Source of the DNA: Amoebidium appalachense
Lineage: Eukaryota; Protista; Ichthyosporea
DNA: 64,000 nt
Direction of reading: 5' to 3'
Assembly: GCA_963693365.1 (NCBI GenBank)
Contig: CAVNZM010000001.1
Location: 17,780,783-17,844,782 of the forward strand
Shown here one piece after another: positions 25,259-50,805 of this stretch. Both the position numbers and the translations under genes were made by a program. The notes below the pieces were generated by a model. The model made no database searches, was not told where the DNA came from, and saw only the letters and a list, made by a program, of their open reading frames with translations. How positions within the stretch are numbered: position 1 is the stretch's first letter; each line of letters starts with the position of its first letter.

Positions 25259-25862
25259 TCTGTATTTAGGATTTTTATTTTCATCTTATATAGTGACAGA
25301 AGCCTAGAATAAGAGTAGAGGAGGAGGGGGCGAGATGAAATAACTAGACTGGGCCCCCCGAACTTGTATACACGCCTGCACACCCCCACCCTTTAAGTAC
25401 ACACGTCTGCACAGCCCCACCCTAGCATAATCCCCAATGTTAAGTACATCTGTACACAAGCACAGAATAGCCTGAGGCTACTCTCAATAGCGGCCCCTTT
25501 TCACCGTGTCAAGACCAGTTGATATCCCCGTCGAAGACCGGAAGACGCCCAGAGCTGCTGGCTCACTGGCTCGTGTCTCTTTCGTTGTCCCCGTGTCAAG
25601 GTCTTGGACTCGGAAGACGAGTACTCCTCAGAAGACGAGTACTCCTCAGGTTCTGACTGCTGTCCCTGTAGCAAGGTCTTGGACAAGGTCTTGAACCACA
25701 TTTGAGCGAACTTACGAAAGATTATACAATTGTGTGTACATATGCACACAAAGATATCACTGCTTATGCTGGAAATTTTTGCACACAGAATACCAAGGCC
25801 GTAAACGATAACCCACACAAGCGAAGTAGGCCATTTGAACAAGAGAATGTGAAAATTTAAAA

Positions 25863-27062
25863 ATGTTCTCGTCTAATTTGCCTGTTGACCTTATAGGTCC
25901 GTTCACAGTAACGAAAAATGGTAATACTTTCATTTGTGTGTTTATGGATATAGCAGCGAAGTATTTAATCACTGTGCTTATCCAATCTAAGCATGCCGTT
26001 AATGTTGCACATGCACTCATGAATGTAATTTGCTATATAGACGGCCCCCCTCGTACACTCTTGAGTGATCAAGGATCAGAATTTTTCAATGAGCTAATTG
26101 TTGAGATTTGCCGTATAGCAAATATTGCACAAGTGAGCACCTCTGCATATCACCCACGAAGCAACGGTTCCAATGAACGGTCTCATAGATTTATTAATAA
26201 TGCACTCTCAAAGTACGTTAATTATGAGCACACTAATTGGGACACTCTGTTGCCCGTGGTTACACATGCATACAACACAACCGCTCCACAAAATTTTGCA
26301 ATGTACACACGTATTATCTTGTGTACAGGCAAGAAGCAACACAATTCCCTGACGTTGCCCTTCTTAGCAGTAACCACCCGGCACTCAAGGACCCAGAGTG
26401 GAAGGCATACCGGCGAGAGTTACTAGCCACGTCTGCCTCTGCTCCCGTGCTGTAGTCCAGCAACGTGCCGTACGGGAGCCCCCAGGCCCCTCGGTGGCTC
26501 GTGTTTTTTAAGGCCCAAGAAGGGTGCACGGATACGTGTTCGGAATCAAGCCAAAAATATCGGTGCCTGGGATGTACGGTGGATTACGGGTTACGAAATC
26601 GTCAAAAGGGTCGGCCCGGTCACGTACGAGATCCGGCGCTTAGCAGCTTATGAAGAAATCTAAGTGGTCCGTGGACGATATTCAGCAAGAATTGAGTGAG
26701 CAAAATAGAATTCGGCCTCAAGATCTCTCTCACCTCCCGGACTAAAAAACGGGCGATAGTCCCTAGTTCAACAAGGTTCTGCCGGACGAGTAGATTGGTG
26801 GAAAAGGTGCTTGACGTAAGAATTCGAAAACGGCGCAAGCAAATCCACCCCTTACAAGTGGTACCAGATCAAGTGGGCAGGCAAAGATGAATCATTCACC
26901 TCTTGGGAGGAGTGTGAAAAGGAGCTTAGCCATGCCCGGACAAGATCCGAGAGTTCCACCAACGCAGAGGTGACCTTGCATCGTTCCACGGATACATTGA
27001 CTCATTGTGTGGAGCATGGTGACGTATGTCGAGGACGACATACTTCTTTTTACGGTGGGGCG
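25863..27062 (+). mobile_element. Ty3/gypsy retrotransposon relic: integrase core plus chromodomain, frameshifted
   Basis: VDLIGP..GNTFICVFMD, GPPRTLLSDQGSEF, STSAYHPRSNGSNER, NWDTLLP..AYN. Downstream VEKVLDVR / WYQIKWAG..TSWEE chromodomain pieces at ~26795-26960. G-rich PPT-like tract cggtggggcg just before TGTGG at 27063. Confidence 0.85.
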
Positions 27063-27660
27063 TGTGGTATATTATACCGGATATCTAGTATGGATGTACA
27101 CAGGTTGAGATATACGCGCACGTGTACATGTATATATACCACTGTGTTTGATCTTAGGTAGGCCAGTATGCATGTCCCCCCCAGTCTTGTGCGCATGAGC
27201 ATGGAGTTAAACATATGTGCACGTGCAGCTTGCAGGATTATTCATGGGAAAACAGATATAATAGTCACATGGGACCGACACGTAGTAGAGGAACCATGGA
27301 GCGTTAAGTTATAGTTTTATCATGGGAAAATATGCAAGTAGCCGTGAGGTATGACTGTGGAATGCATCGGCTTTTCAAGTACTGTCACCCGATTGGCCTA
27401 CAAAGTTTATTGAAACTGTGATAGCCATGGGACAGAACCTTAAATCCCATGTGATTGGCTCTCGTAGCCAAAAAGGACATACCGATGCGCATGTCTGAGC
27501 CGCTGTGCGAGCTCCGGGAGCATAAGGGCATGTCGTTAGCTTCAGAGCTCACTGAGTGTGCTCGGCTTACTAGGTGTAAGTAGGACTAGCACGTAACTTA
27601 GCAAAAGCGTGGTCTAGTCAACCCCGTTCATTTACAAATATATTGTTTGTCACGGACACA
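27063..27660 (+). mobile_element. Putative 3' LTR of the gypsy relic; right boundary uncertain
   Basis: Starts with TG directly after the PPT-like tract, non-coding, contains GATTGG motifs, candidate end ACA at 27660. Confidence 0.4.
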
Positions 27661-27668
27661 CGATCATT

Positions 27669-30100
27669 CTATACAACAAACCCGTATTCAGACAAAGGGC
27701 GAATATATGTGCGAAATATACTAAGACGATTGTATAGGTGGACAGTATGAGAAAGAGTAGCAAGATGTACATCCCTAAATAACCGAAGACACCTGCCTGC
27801 ACTCTCCACCCGACGGTCGATCATCCGTTTGAAACATATGCCCCATTCGTCCACCGGAATCCCCAAATACTTGTATTCGATTGGGCGAGGGAGGGGACTG
27901 CCGAAAATACAAACGTCGTCCCACATGCCGGTATCGATTTTGATAAAAGGGCACACTTTTTGACATTAATCTGCATATCGTTGCGCTGGCACCAATGTTC
28001 AACCACACGAATGTATTGCCGTAGTTCGAGAGGATCGGATGACATAAGCACAATATCGTCGGCAAAAAAGAGGGGCGGGGGAGCCTGGGATGGCAACTCC
28101 CCGTCAATTTGTGCCGCAGAAAGAGTGTTTGCCAAATCATCAATATACAGGTTGAAAAGAAGAGGACTTAGCAGGGACCCTTGAAGTACCCCGCGCGTCG
28201 CAGGTAAACCCCGGGAAAAACCGCCCATTAACCACCGCTCGTCCGCGTGTAAACGTAAACATAGCTTCCAGTAGCCGGCCCATTTTGGAATGGGACACCG
28301 CGGGTGGCCAACTTGGCCCACAGGCGAGGGAGGTCGACCGTGTCGTACACGTTCCTTAAAATCGATAAATCCGAGGTGCTCGGTATCACTTTGTGAGTTG
28401 CATTATGTAGAGTGAGGATTTGTCTGCGTAACATGAGTGTCGATGCCGAAACGCCGCCTGAAGAGGGCTCAGCTGGGAAGCAGTCTGCTTAAGGGTGGGG
28501 TTACGGGAAAAGGCCTGTAAAAGGCCACTTTCGAATAATCGGCGAAAAACGGACGTAAGGGTGATAGGGCGAAATTCGTGGATGGGACCCAAAAAAAATG
28601 TGCAACCGTTTTCTTGATGGGAAACACTAAGGTGGCTAGCCACTCCGAGGGCACTTTACCGACATCAGAATACCAGCAGCTAAACAACTCGCTAAGAATA
28701 CATGTAAGTGGTGGCGGCGGGCCACGCTTTTCGTCTTTCTCGGGTCGGGGTGGGATGAGTACCTTAAGTAGTGCCATAGGGATGCCGTCCGGCCCGCGCG
28801 CTTTGCGGGACGGAGAGTAACCGGAGATTAACTGCCATGTCTCGCATCTGGGGTAAAAAGTTCCCCCAGTTCAGCCCCAAACTCAGCCGGCCCCGCTGGC
28901 CACGCCGTGTGTGGGGGTGGTGAAGTGTCGGAGGGTGGAACAAAAACAGGAGGGGGCGCCTGCCCCAGGTCCGTGGCCGTACATGTCGGGTTACGTTTAA
29001 ACAGGGTGCCGTAAAAGGAATCGGTTGCAGATTCCGGGTCGGATGACGGGTCGGCCGTTATTTGAATCGAATGATCGCCGCGATCAATCTTCCTGAATAT
29101 TACCCAATAGCATGTGATACGGTAGAGGCTTACGTAAGGCAGCCTCCGCTCGAGGGCCGCGAGTATGTGTAGTTCGTGCTTGTGGGTAAACTTGGGCACC
29201 TAAACAGGCATATTCACCTATGTCCCACAAGGTTTCTCGTACTGTAGACCACTGGCGCTATCGATGAAGGTCTGGTCGGTGCGTAGCGGGGTTTGGCGTC
29301 CATCACGCACAAGCGATAATAGACTTGGTTGCACCGCCTGGAAAAAGAAGCAAGTGTCTGCTTGGCCGCGCTGGCTTTTGAGTTCGCGTACGCCGTTAAG
29401 TCTGTAAGTGACGGTTGTGGTGACGGCGTAGAAAGGCTAAGTGTAGTGCGAAAGACTATAGGTAGGTGGTCTGACGGTGGTGGGTGTAGGTTGTGGTGTA
29501 CGTGTAAGGTGCAAGGGCCAGAGGCTGCCCCCCAGTCCGTGCGGTGTTCTTGTACTACAGATGGAAGAGTAAGGCGTAAGGCTGTAACAAAAGTGTGAAA
29601 GGTTGGCGTGCGTGGGTGGTTGGGTTTAAGTAGGGACCAGTGGGTGGCAGCCGTGTATGGGGTGTGGTGTGGTAACTAGTGGGCTATTAAAGTCTCCTAA
29701 CACTAGTGTGGGGATAGTATGTGGGGCGACGGTGTTAAGTTCGTGTTTAAGTGCTAGCAGTGGAAGGCTAGGTGGAAAATAAACAAAAGTGCATATATGG
29801 CCACAAACTGAGATGGTGAGTGTGTGTATTGTACGTGCTATAACTGAACAGTGGTTAACAAAGTGGGAGGCGGCGATGAACACTATGCCGGAGTGAGGCT
29901 TGTGGCCCACAGGCTGAGTAGACTAGCCCACGAGCCGTCCAGACCGACGAAGTGTGGCGTGGTCTCGCCACCACGTTTCTGCGACAACAATAAACGGGAA
30001 CTCCTGTTGGGATAACGAAAGAAGAAACTGTGCTTTACTCTTATTTAGACTACGAGCATTCCAGAAAAGAAAGGAGAGCATGCTTACTGGGAGTTGGCTG
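27669..30100 (-). mobile_element. Decayed non-LTR retrotransposon (LINE) ORF2: AP endonuclease plus reverse transcriptase, 3'-truncated
   Basis: APE motifs VVAETW (~29980) and LVLGDFNS. RT motifs FRPITLTSVFRRLFE, YDTVD, RGVLQGSLLSPLLFNLYIDDL, FFADDIVL, YKYLGI. Multiple frameshifts. Confidence 0.9.
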
Positions 30101-31307
30101 GTGCGGCGGTGGGGTCGTAGGGCTTGCTGAAGACCTGCACGTGCTGAGCCTCCCAGTAGGCACGCACCTCAGCTGCTGTTTTGGCCCGGCTGTCGTGTGC
30201 CGGGTAAAGTGTGGCTGCCTTGACAGCCCATGCGTGGGCATTGGCCATTCTCATATTTGATCTCGTGGAGTAGAAAGGAGCCTACCGGCCCCAAATATGT
30301 ACGTTCAATGAGAAGACAAACGAAGTTAAAAATCAATCGGCATCGATTTACCAAACTTTAAAATCCAATGGTTAGTGGACATTATAATGTTATAGATTGA
30401 TCTGGGACCAAATCGATTTGATGATTGGTCAATTTCAAGGATGGAATCAATCGTCATTTGGTAAAAGTGTTTCTTTAATCGAAACGTCTTAGAAAACACA
30501 TTGATCCTAAGAAAACGTTTTCTATTAGCGCGTCGTTAACAAACAAATGGTACCGTTCAATAGACAATAGGGGGGGGAAGCACATATGCAGACGCACAAT
30601 GTCATGCAAAAATTTTTTTTTTTTTTTTTTTTTTCACGGGAGGGCACACGTGTAGGCGCGCATGCAGATTGCAATAAAAAAAACAAGAAAATTAAATATA
30701 ATTTACTATGTTGGCCATTTGAATATCAACGTTATTCCAAACTAAAATAGCTATCAGTCAGCAGCACCAGAATGCACAAGATCCGACTGGTGACCCGCCC
30801 CCCCCCCTCCCCCCCTCCCCCCGGGCCCCCGGCCCCGGGCCCTCCCCCCCTGGGCCCCAATGATCCACCCACCCAGAGAAGAAGAAACCCCTACATATGA
30901 AGCTGCCCAAATTTATTTTTGTGCCGGCTGCCACAGAAATACCTAACCCCAACCACCTCGTTATTTTACCATACGCTTGGCTAGTTGTATAGTTGATTCA
31001 TATATAAATAAAAGTTCATATATATAGCAACATATTAAGGCTTAAGATCGATCATTTGATATCGCGAATTCGCCTGAGTTGTGACTCAGCAGGAATTTGC
31101 ATGAAAAGAGCTTCACAAGTTTATAAGATCGCCGAAATTTCAATGCAGATCGCACAAAAACTAAATGTCACGTGTGTATATGGCTGCTGTGTCGCCCTGT
31201 CACAAGCCTTCACACGCCAAGGCCACTTGTTCGTTGACCCATTTTTCGGGCGAACAGAGGATCAATTCCTAACCCAGGAAGGGGCCATTTAGACGTTTTT
31301 GCCTTAG

Positions 31308-43911
<12,604 letters not shown>

Positions 43912-45279
43912 ACGTGGTTTGTCGTGCAAAACGCGGAACGGAGGAGGGAAATCCCTGTGGATTGGGGGGGGGGCCGAATGTGTGTTTTTTCACTGCGAAA
44001 GTGTCGTGCGGGCGAGGTGAAATCGATGCGAATGGTTTCGTGTCTGTGTTTCAAGGGGTTTTCCTGTTTTTTCCATTATATTTCAATGGTTAAGGCTTTT
44101 GGTAGCGGTGCAGACTGAATGGCTGTCACAAGTGTTCTCGTGCATATCTTTTGTTATGAATTATATCATAACCCGCGTCGTTTGTGTAGCATCTATCTTC
44201 CTTTTCATGTCTTTTTTTTTTTCCCCTTTTTTTTTCCTTGACGGAAAAATGACCGTTGGTCTCAAGCTTTAAGTGAGAATGTGTGTTTGGGTGTCGCTCT
44301 CTCTGCAGTCTTCTTTCTGTTCATCTCGCTGGTGTGTGTTCTATATTACAGCATTTAAAGAAGTTAGCACTTAGCTGCTGTAAATATTTAAAGGTCCGGC
44401 ACGGGCAGCGACAAGTAACACAACTTGTACGTTGTTCCGGCTGGTTGTTGGTTTGTATTCGTAAATGTTTTATGCATTTGTGTCACGGGAATTTTATACG
44501 TCTGTTATAAGATCTGGGAAAGGTGTGTGGCAGTCTTAGACTACTGTTGTTATAGACCAGGTATATGCTGGGTGGTGGGGGTGTGTCCGTGACACACAGC
44601 TGTTAGGCACTACAGTTTTGTCTGTGTTGCTGTTGCATACACTTGGTGCTACCATATGGCAGGAGAAAGTAGCGGCCATGGGGAAATGTACATCAGGACG
44701 AATATATTTATGTAAGTGCTTTTGCAAGTTCAACTTTGTAGCACCCAATATCCAAGTAAATGCACTGTGCATGCATCTGTATTCAAGTGAACTTGATGCA
44801 GTGTTCAAAAACGCTTCATGATCATGCGGTGCTCAATAGGTTTTCTTTCGGGTTGTTAATATAAAGGCCTGCAACAGCCGGTTTTTCTTTCGGGTTGTTA
44901 ATATAAAGGCCTGCAACAGCCGGTGCAACTACCCAAATTGTGTGGTACTAGCAGGTATGCACATATGTTGCACATGTTGTTTGCCTGTGCATTAAAACAA
45001 CCAAAGAAGTAGGAATATCCACTGGCTATATATATATATACACTTTTTTTAGCTAACACAAAACAACGCATTTCCGGACAGGTTTATGTTATGCATAAAC
45101 AAACTTGCACTGGAAGTGTCTTGCAAGTGACAACTTGCGCACGAGATGGGGGGGGGGGGGGGGGGGGGGGGCACAGCCAGTAACACAGCCTCTCCGAACG
45201 TATTAATAAGCCTTCAGTACAATATGTAGTCCAATGGCATAAACTAACACCTTGTTATAAATCTAACCTGCAAGCCATT

Positions 45280-45720
45280 GCACAAGCTTGAACACTACTT
45301 GCAGGAGATGGAGAGTAAAAATGAACATACCGTGGCAAGTGCTCTGCAAGTAGCAGCAAAAACACCTAACCATTCAAGCGGAGTGCACCGTGCAAGCACT
45401 TACGTATTCAAGCCTGTGCATTACCCACGCGGCAGGCAGTGTTCAAACTCCGGGACAAACTCGTGCAGGGTATGGCGGACGTGCAACTTGTCAGCATACA
45501 TGAGAACTTTGCCTGGAATCATGGGACAAAGGGTGGAATGGAAGGCAAGTGTAGAATGTGCACACCAAGAACATATGAGGGATATAAGGATAGGAAGAAG
45601 AAAGATGCATCAGGTTTAGTGTTGCTAAAGAAGCAAAAAGCCTTGGCTACAGATCTAGACTCTAGACCATCAGGAGCGCTAGGTGCACACTGCTGTCCTC
45701 TGTGGCAACGTCATTTCACG
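45280..45720 (+). pseudogene. Possible highly decayed transposase C-terminus (piggyBac-like)
   Basis: Fragments KLEHYLQ / RWRVKMN, FKLRDKLV and H..W....GKCRMC resemble the end of piggyBac-type transposases. Weak, by-eye resemblance only. Confidence 0.2.
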
Positions 45721-46695
45721 CACACAGGACCTTGAACCTTTTACGTGCAACATAACCGTTAACAGTCCAACAAGTCGCTTCCCGAGAAAAAACAAGGGTT
45801 CAACTTCACTCCACACCCTCTTTACCAAAACCAGCTGGCTCTTGTTGATGGCCCAAGATGGTGTGGACATGTACAAGCTTCAGACCAAAGTGTGTCTATG
45901 TACGTACAGGCGCATAGCTATTGTATGTGGCCTAGGTGCTTGATGATGAGAACACGGCACAGTAGCCAGGTGTGAAACATAGGAGGCCTTGGTTGTTGGC
46001 ACATGAAGACCCACATCGATATCTCTTGAAGGCTTAGCAAAGCAAAAAAAGCAGAAGGTGACTCTCCGAGTTGGACGGTGAATTCCCCCTGCCTGAGCCG
46101 CACTCACGTGACACGGTTAAAAGGCGTACAGCCGATTTCATGATGGCGCATGAGAATTATCTCCCTATACTAATTTTTTCTTATTTTCAAAAAGCTCGAA
46201 TAAACTACTATGCGCATTTGCGGCTCAATAAACATTAAAGGCACAACAAATTTAACTTCTAGTTTCCAAATATACTTATTTTTATGCCTTTATTTTATCT
46301 AATTTGCACTTTTATATTATATAGCGTCTGAATTGTTCTCACAACGAAAACGATTCTTGTGGGGTCTTTCACATTTCTCGATGAAGGGGTACTCACTCAG
46401 CATTTTTTGTGTGCAACTTGATGTTTCAGGATAATATGATTGGCTGTCACATAAACGCCTCATGCTTGTGGGTAAACCGGAGTAAAAGATCTTATCATCG
46501 CCTTCGTTTTACTTCGAGTGTGCGTTCATGTATTCTATATTTAAACGTCAGCATTTACATTATCGTTTTTCTTTGAGAAATATTCTAGATTTTTCACCAC
46601 ATACCACAAATGCGGCGTGCAAAATAAATGTTGATCAGTCTGCAGCTCTGACTATGTAAACAAAGAATGTTTACATCGCTCTGTCATTCTAGAAG

Positions 46696-46703
46696 TATAA
46701 ATA
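46696..46703 (+). promoter_or_regulatory. TATA box upstream of the secreted-protein gene
   Basis: TATAAATA about 100 bp before the ATG, which is in an AAAATG context. Confidence 0.5.
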
Positions 46704-46794
46704 CGACCACAACACGCCGCCTCAACACACCAAACACGGCGCATAGACTTCCATTCCATCGGTCTTTTTTTTTTTTGCCCGCCGCATTCACAAA

Positions 46795-47448
46795 ATGAAG
46801 TCTGTCGCTATTCTCGCCACGGCTGCCGGCCTTGCCGCCGCTACCGCCAACGGCCCACAGCTCGAGGTTTGCGCAGCCATTGACCCGGCCTGCGCCTCCC
46901 CCCTTCTGTGCGCGCCCGTTATTGCTAACGGCGACTGCACCAACCTGCCTATCCCCGAGACACTTGCCCCCGTGGTTGCCGGGTTTGGTATCAGTGCCCT
47001 GTACACCAAGGCCACAGTTGGCGGCGCTGACATCGTTGACGCGCAGTTGTTCAAGGACGCCACTTGCTCCACTCCCCTCGCCCAGCAGTTCAAGCTCACC
47101 CCCAACGCCTGCACGCAGATTCCCGACCAGATTATCTACGTTGTTGCCAAGGACGACCTCGCTGGTGCCACCCCCGTTGCCCCCTCTGAGGCAGCTGCAG
47201 GCAATGCCGCTGTGGCAGCCACCACCACTGCCGCTGCCGGCACTGAGCATGCCACTATGCACGCCACTACCACTGCCGCTGCCACCACCACGGCCCATGA
47301 GACCATGGCTGCCGTCGAGACTGCCCCTGCCACCCAGGCTGCCACAAGGAGGAATGCCCGCCTGGTTGACCAGGAGGCTGCTGCTTCCAACGTTGTGCCA
47401 ACGGCTTTTGCTCTGTGCGCTGCTGTGGTTGCGGCCCTGCTGAACTAG
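46795..47448 (+). CDS. Secreted, probably GPI-anchored surface protein, 217 aa, single exon
   Basis: Signal peptide MKSVAILATAAGLAAATA, ~100-aa domain with 6 Cys, Ala/Thr-rich stalk, C-terminal small-residue site plus hydrophobic tail (AASNVVPTAFALCAAVVAALLN). Strong C/T-ending codon bias. Confidence 0.88.
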   Translation: MKSVAILATAAGLAAATANGPQLEVCAAIDPACASPLLCAPVIANGDCTNLPIPETLAPVVAGFGISALYTKATVGGADIVDAQLFKDATCSTPLAQQFKLTPNACTQIPDQIIYVVAKDDLAGATPVAPSEAAAGNAAVAATTTAAAGTEHATMHATTTAAATTTAHETMAAVETAPATQAATRRNARLVDQEAAASNVVPTAFALCAAVVAALLN

Positions 47449-49753
47449 AAGTAGCTACTAGAACAAAGCTAGTAGGTCTCCCATGTAGTGTAGATTCAAT
47501 TGAATGTGACGCTTGCTTGGTTTTGAAAGTCTTAGGCTAATAGCCGGTTAAAAGAATAATGCGTAAGGGTGTAATGGCGGGCTATAGGGCCTGCCGTCTG
47601 GAATAGAGCTGGTACAATGTACATATAGGGCGACACATTTGTGTTGTTTTGAAATACAAAAACGGCTTTTTGCCGTTCTATGCCCGAATTTTGATCTGAA
47701 ATCCTTCCACGGTAAATCTCACCGTCCCCCCCCCCCTCCCCTTGCTCCTCCCTATTTCATGCTAACGTGCACCATCTCTCTGCAACTATCCACTCTCTCC
47801 TCCGTGTGCTTGTCCGTACACGTGTGTACGAGTCAAACCTCCCCAACTGCTTTTCCTCTGCCTTCCCCTTGCTCTCTCTCTATGCTTTTTCGCTTTCGCT
47901 TTTTTATGGTCTCCCCCCCCTACCCCCCCTTTCCCCCCTTTCCTGTATTCTTCTTGCTACCTTGCCGCAATTAATTTCACCCAACCACACTCACTTGTAA
48001 GCGTGTTCTATGTGCACTCTCTACGCCCGACCTGTAAAAGATAGATGGTGCGATGTTCCCGTTTCCTTATCCTTCCCTTCCCCCTTTCCTTCTCCCCCCC
48101 ATCCTCTTCTCCTGTGTTTTTCAGCTGCTCTGCCGAACTACCTAGAGCCACCCGTCTCGCTTTTCGTATGCATGGTTGCGCTCTTGTCCGTATGTGACAT
48201 ACACAAGTTACAAGTTCATCATATTATGTGTGCTTTTTGCTCTGCTTTGTGCCGCAAATATATGGCAACATATCTATCGGTTGTTCAAAAGTGTTCCACG
48301 TTGTGTGACCTGCAGAGATGAGCGGGGAAGGGGGAGCAGGGGGATGGGGGGAGGGATGTTATGCGTCGTGGGCTAAAATGATTTCAGTTCTTTTAACATT
48401 AAGGTTCAGGCATGCCATATTTTTTCACATTTGTTATTATGCGCATGCACCGCACATACTCAGAGCATGCACCACAATAAGCATATACAGTGTAACAAAT
48501 GGAACAGGCATGCACAATGACTGTCACGCAAGGATGCATTCACTCTGCCAATGGGCACCGTAACACGATCGTTTGTCTACATCGTGTCACTGCCCTCTAG
48601 TATGTGTCCGTATTTCTTCCGGACAGGCCATTCTTATCATGTTCCAGCATACAACGCACAGGCCATTCTTATCATGTTCCAGCATACAAGACACAAAGAG
48701 CAATCCTTGCAGCATACAAACGAACTTGCAAACACACACCATCGATAATTGCACACTCTTCGCCCATGTGCACACACACACCCAACCAACCACACACACA
48801 CACACACACACAAACCAAGTTACACCAGACACAGGCACCCACACGCACACATTGTGGCACAGCCACCCACCCTGCGGACACGGCACAAACAAAACAATGC
48901 AGTGCGAATAGATAGGCACACATGATGGCATGCACTGCCTCACAACCAGACACAACAAGCTCACACCATACCACACACAGGCACACACGCGCACACGCTG
49001 GCACACAGTGGCACACTCACCCACCCTACAGACACAGCAAACACTAAAGCACCCTGTGCATTCACCGACACACGTTGCCCGGTACCACGATCAGCCACAC
49101 CAATTTGGTTACACTAGACGCATCAACTCCGCCCCGCCGTCACCCCCCCCCCCCCCCCCCCCCCCCCCCCCTTCCTCTCCTTTCCTCCCTTCGTTCTCAA
49201 ACCTCTTCCCCCCCCTCTTCGTTCTCATGCCCTCCTCTGTTAGAGTTTGTGTATGTGTAGTCGACAAGTGTGCCGGCAGGTCTGCTTCTTTCCAGTGTTC
49301 TCCCTCTGGCGCTTTTTCCTCCTCCTGTCCTTTCCTTTTCTTCTTTTCAGCTTGCTCGTTTTCTTTCTCATTTCTTTCTCTCTCAATCGCTCCGCGTGCT
49401 GGGGGAGGGGGAGGGGGGAGGGGGAGGGGGGGGGGGGGGGGGGGGTGGCGGCTTCGCTCTTGGTTTAGTAGTCACTTGCTCTAATATAATGGTAACACCC
49501 CCTCCCCCCTCCCCATTTCCGGCAGACATCCGGCGGCGTAGCTTTCCGTTCGAAGACGTTAAAGTTCCGCCCTCGTAAGCGTGTTACTACCCTGCGGCGT
49601 GGGTCAAATATCATATTTTCTCCTCTGATCGCGAATTCTGCGGCCTTCGGGACTTAATTCTTTCCAGCTGGTGTAGTATGTTAGCCAGGGAAGTATCGAC
49701 TTAGGTAGCGACGGGGGAGCTTCCCAGAAGCCCAGTCTCCTGAGTTCCTATCT

Positions 49754-50062
49754 ATATTTTTCTTGTTTCTGCTTACTGCTGCAACTTTAACCCCCGGCCT
49801 TTCCCACTGCCCTTGCCTGCATAAGTAACCCTGCTCGTCTCTGATCAAGACGGGTGACCCACACATGTTCAAGTGAAACAGTATCTGAGTTGGATTTCGT
49901 TAACAAGGTGGATGGGTCGAAACTCGGGAACTGTGGATGACGTGGCCCCCCCCTGAGGATGGGCTCTGCTTATTATGCATACTCTTTATGTATGGTTTGC
50001 ATTCTGCATCGTGTTATCCGTTGTTCTTGTGTACTTCGTACTTTATGACGCATTCAAACCCC
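49754..50062 (+). repeat. Full-length copy of the ~300-bp structured dispersed repeat
   Basis: Aligns with 43395-43710 from atatttttcttg to gcattcaaaccc. Confidence 0.88.
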
Positions 50063-50194
50063 CCTCCCCCCCCCCCCCCCCAAAAGTCGAAGTCTCCCCC
50101 TGCCCCTCCTCCCCCCTCCCCCCCAGCCCCCCTCTATCTTTGAAATCCGTCTATCTTATCTTCTCTCCTCCCTCCCGAGCCCCTCCCTCTCCCT

Positions 50195-50212
50195 TTCTCT
50201 ATCTCTATCTCT

Positions 50213-50258
<46 letters not shown>

Positions 50259-50262
50259 CCCC

Positions 50263-50293
<31 letters not shown>

Positions 50294-50317
50294 GTTCTCT
50301 CGCTCTCTCTCACTCTC

Positions 50318-50381
<64 letters not shown>
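50195..50381. repeat. (CT)n microsatellite block
   Basis: Long CT tracts interrupted by a C-run. Confidence 0.9.
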
Positions 50382-50383
<2 letters not shown>

Positions 50384-50582
50384 CCTCCCTCCCTCCGCTC
50401 CCCCCCCCCCTCCCCCCCTTCCCCCCCTTCTCTCACCCCCCAAATCCCTTGCTCGTTTTTCGGGCCCCGGCCCTCTCCCCATCAGCACCAAATCCACCGA
50501 GGAGGGCCCCGGGATCGATGCCATAGTCACCATTCGTCATCTCGACACCATTTGGGAAAACAGCTGGGAATGCCCTCCCCCC

Positions 50583-50683
<101 letters not shown>

Positions 50684-50770
50684 CATTCAATCCCCCTCCT
50701 CCCCCCACCCCCCACCCCTCCCCTCCGCCGCCGGGAAAAAAAGAAAAAAAAAACGAAAAAGAAAGAAATA

Positions 50771-50805
<35 letters not shown>

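Larger units (their letters stand above)
17427..25363 (-). other. Mitochondrial DNA insert (NUMT or assembly chimera) corresponding to an apparently complete linear mitochondrial chromosome
   Basis: Perfect 44-bp inverted repeats at 17427-17470 and 25320-25363 (gttcggggggcccagtctagttatttcatctcgccccctcctcc). Abrupt shift to AT-rich, microsatellite-free DNA. Contains nad4 with TGA=Trp, tRNAs and group II intron domain V, all on the minus strand. Confidence 0.88.

Noticed and set aside
46684-47443. Overlapping ORFs 46684-47298 (-) and 46832-47443 (+)
   Set aside because: Alternative-frame shadows of the GC-rich, codon-biased surface-protein gene.
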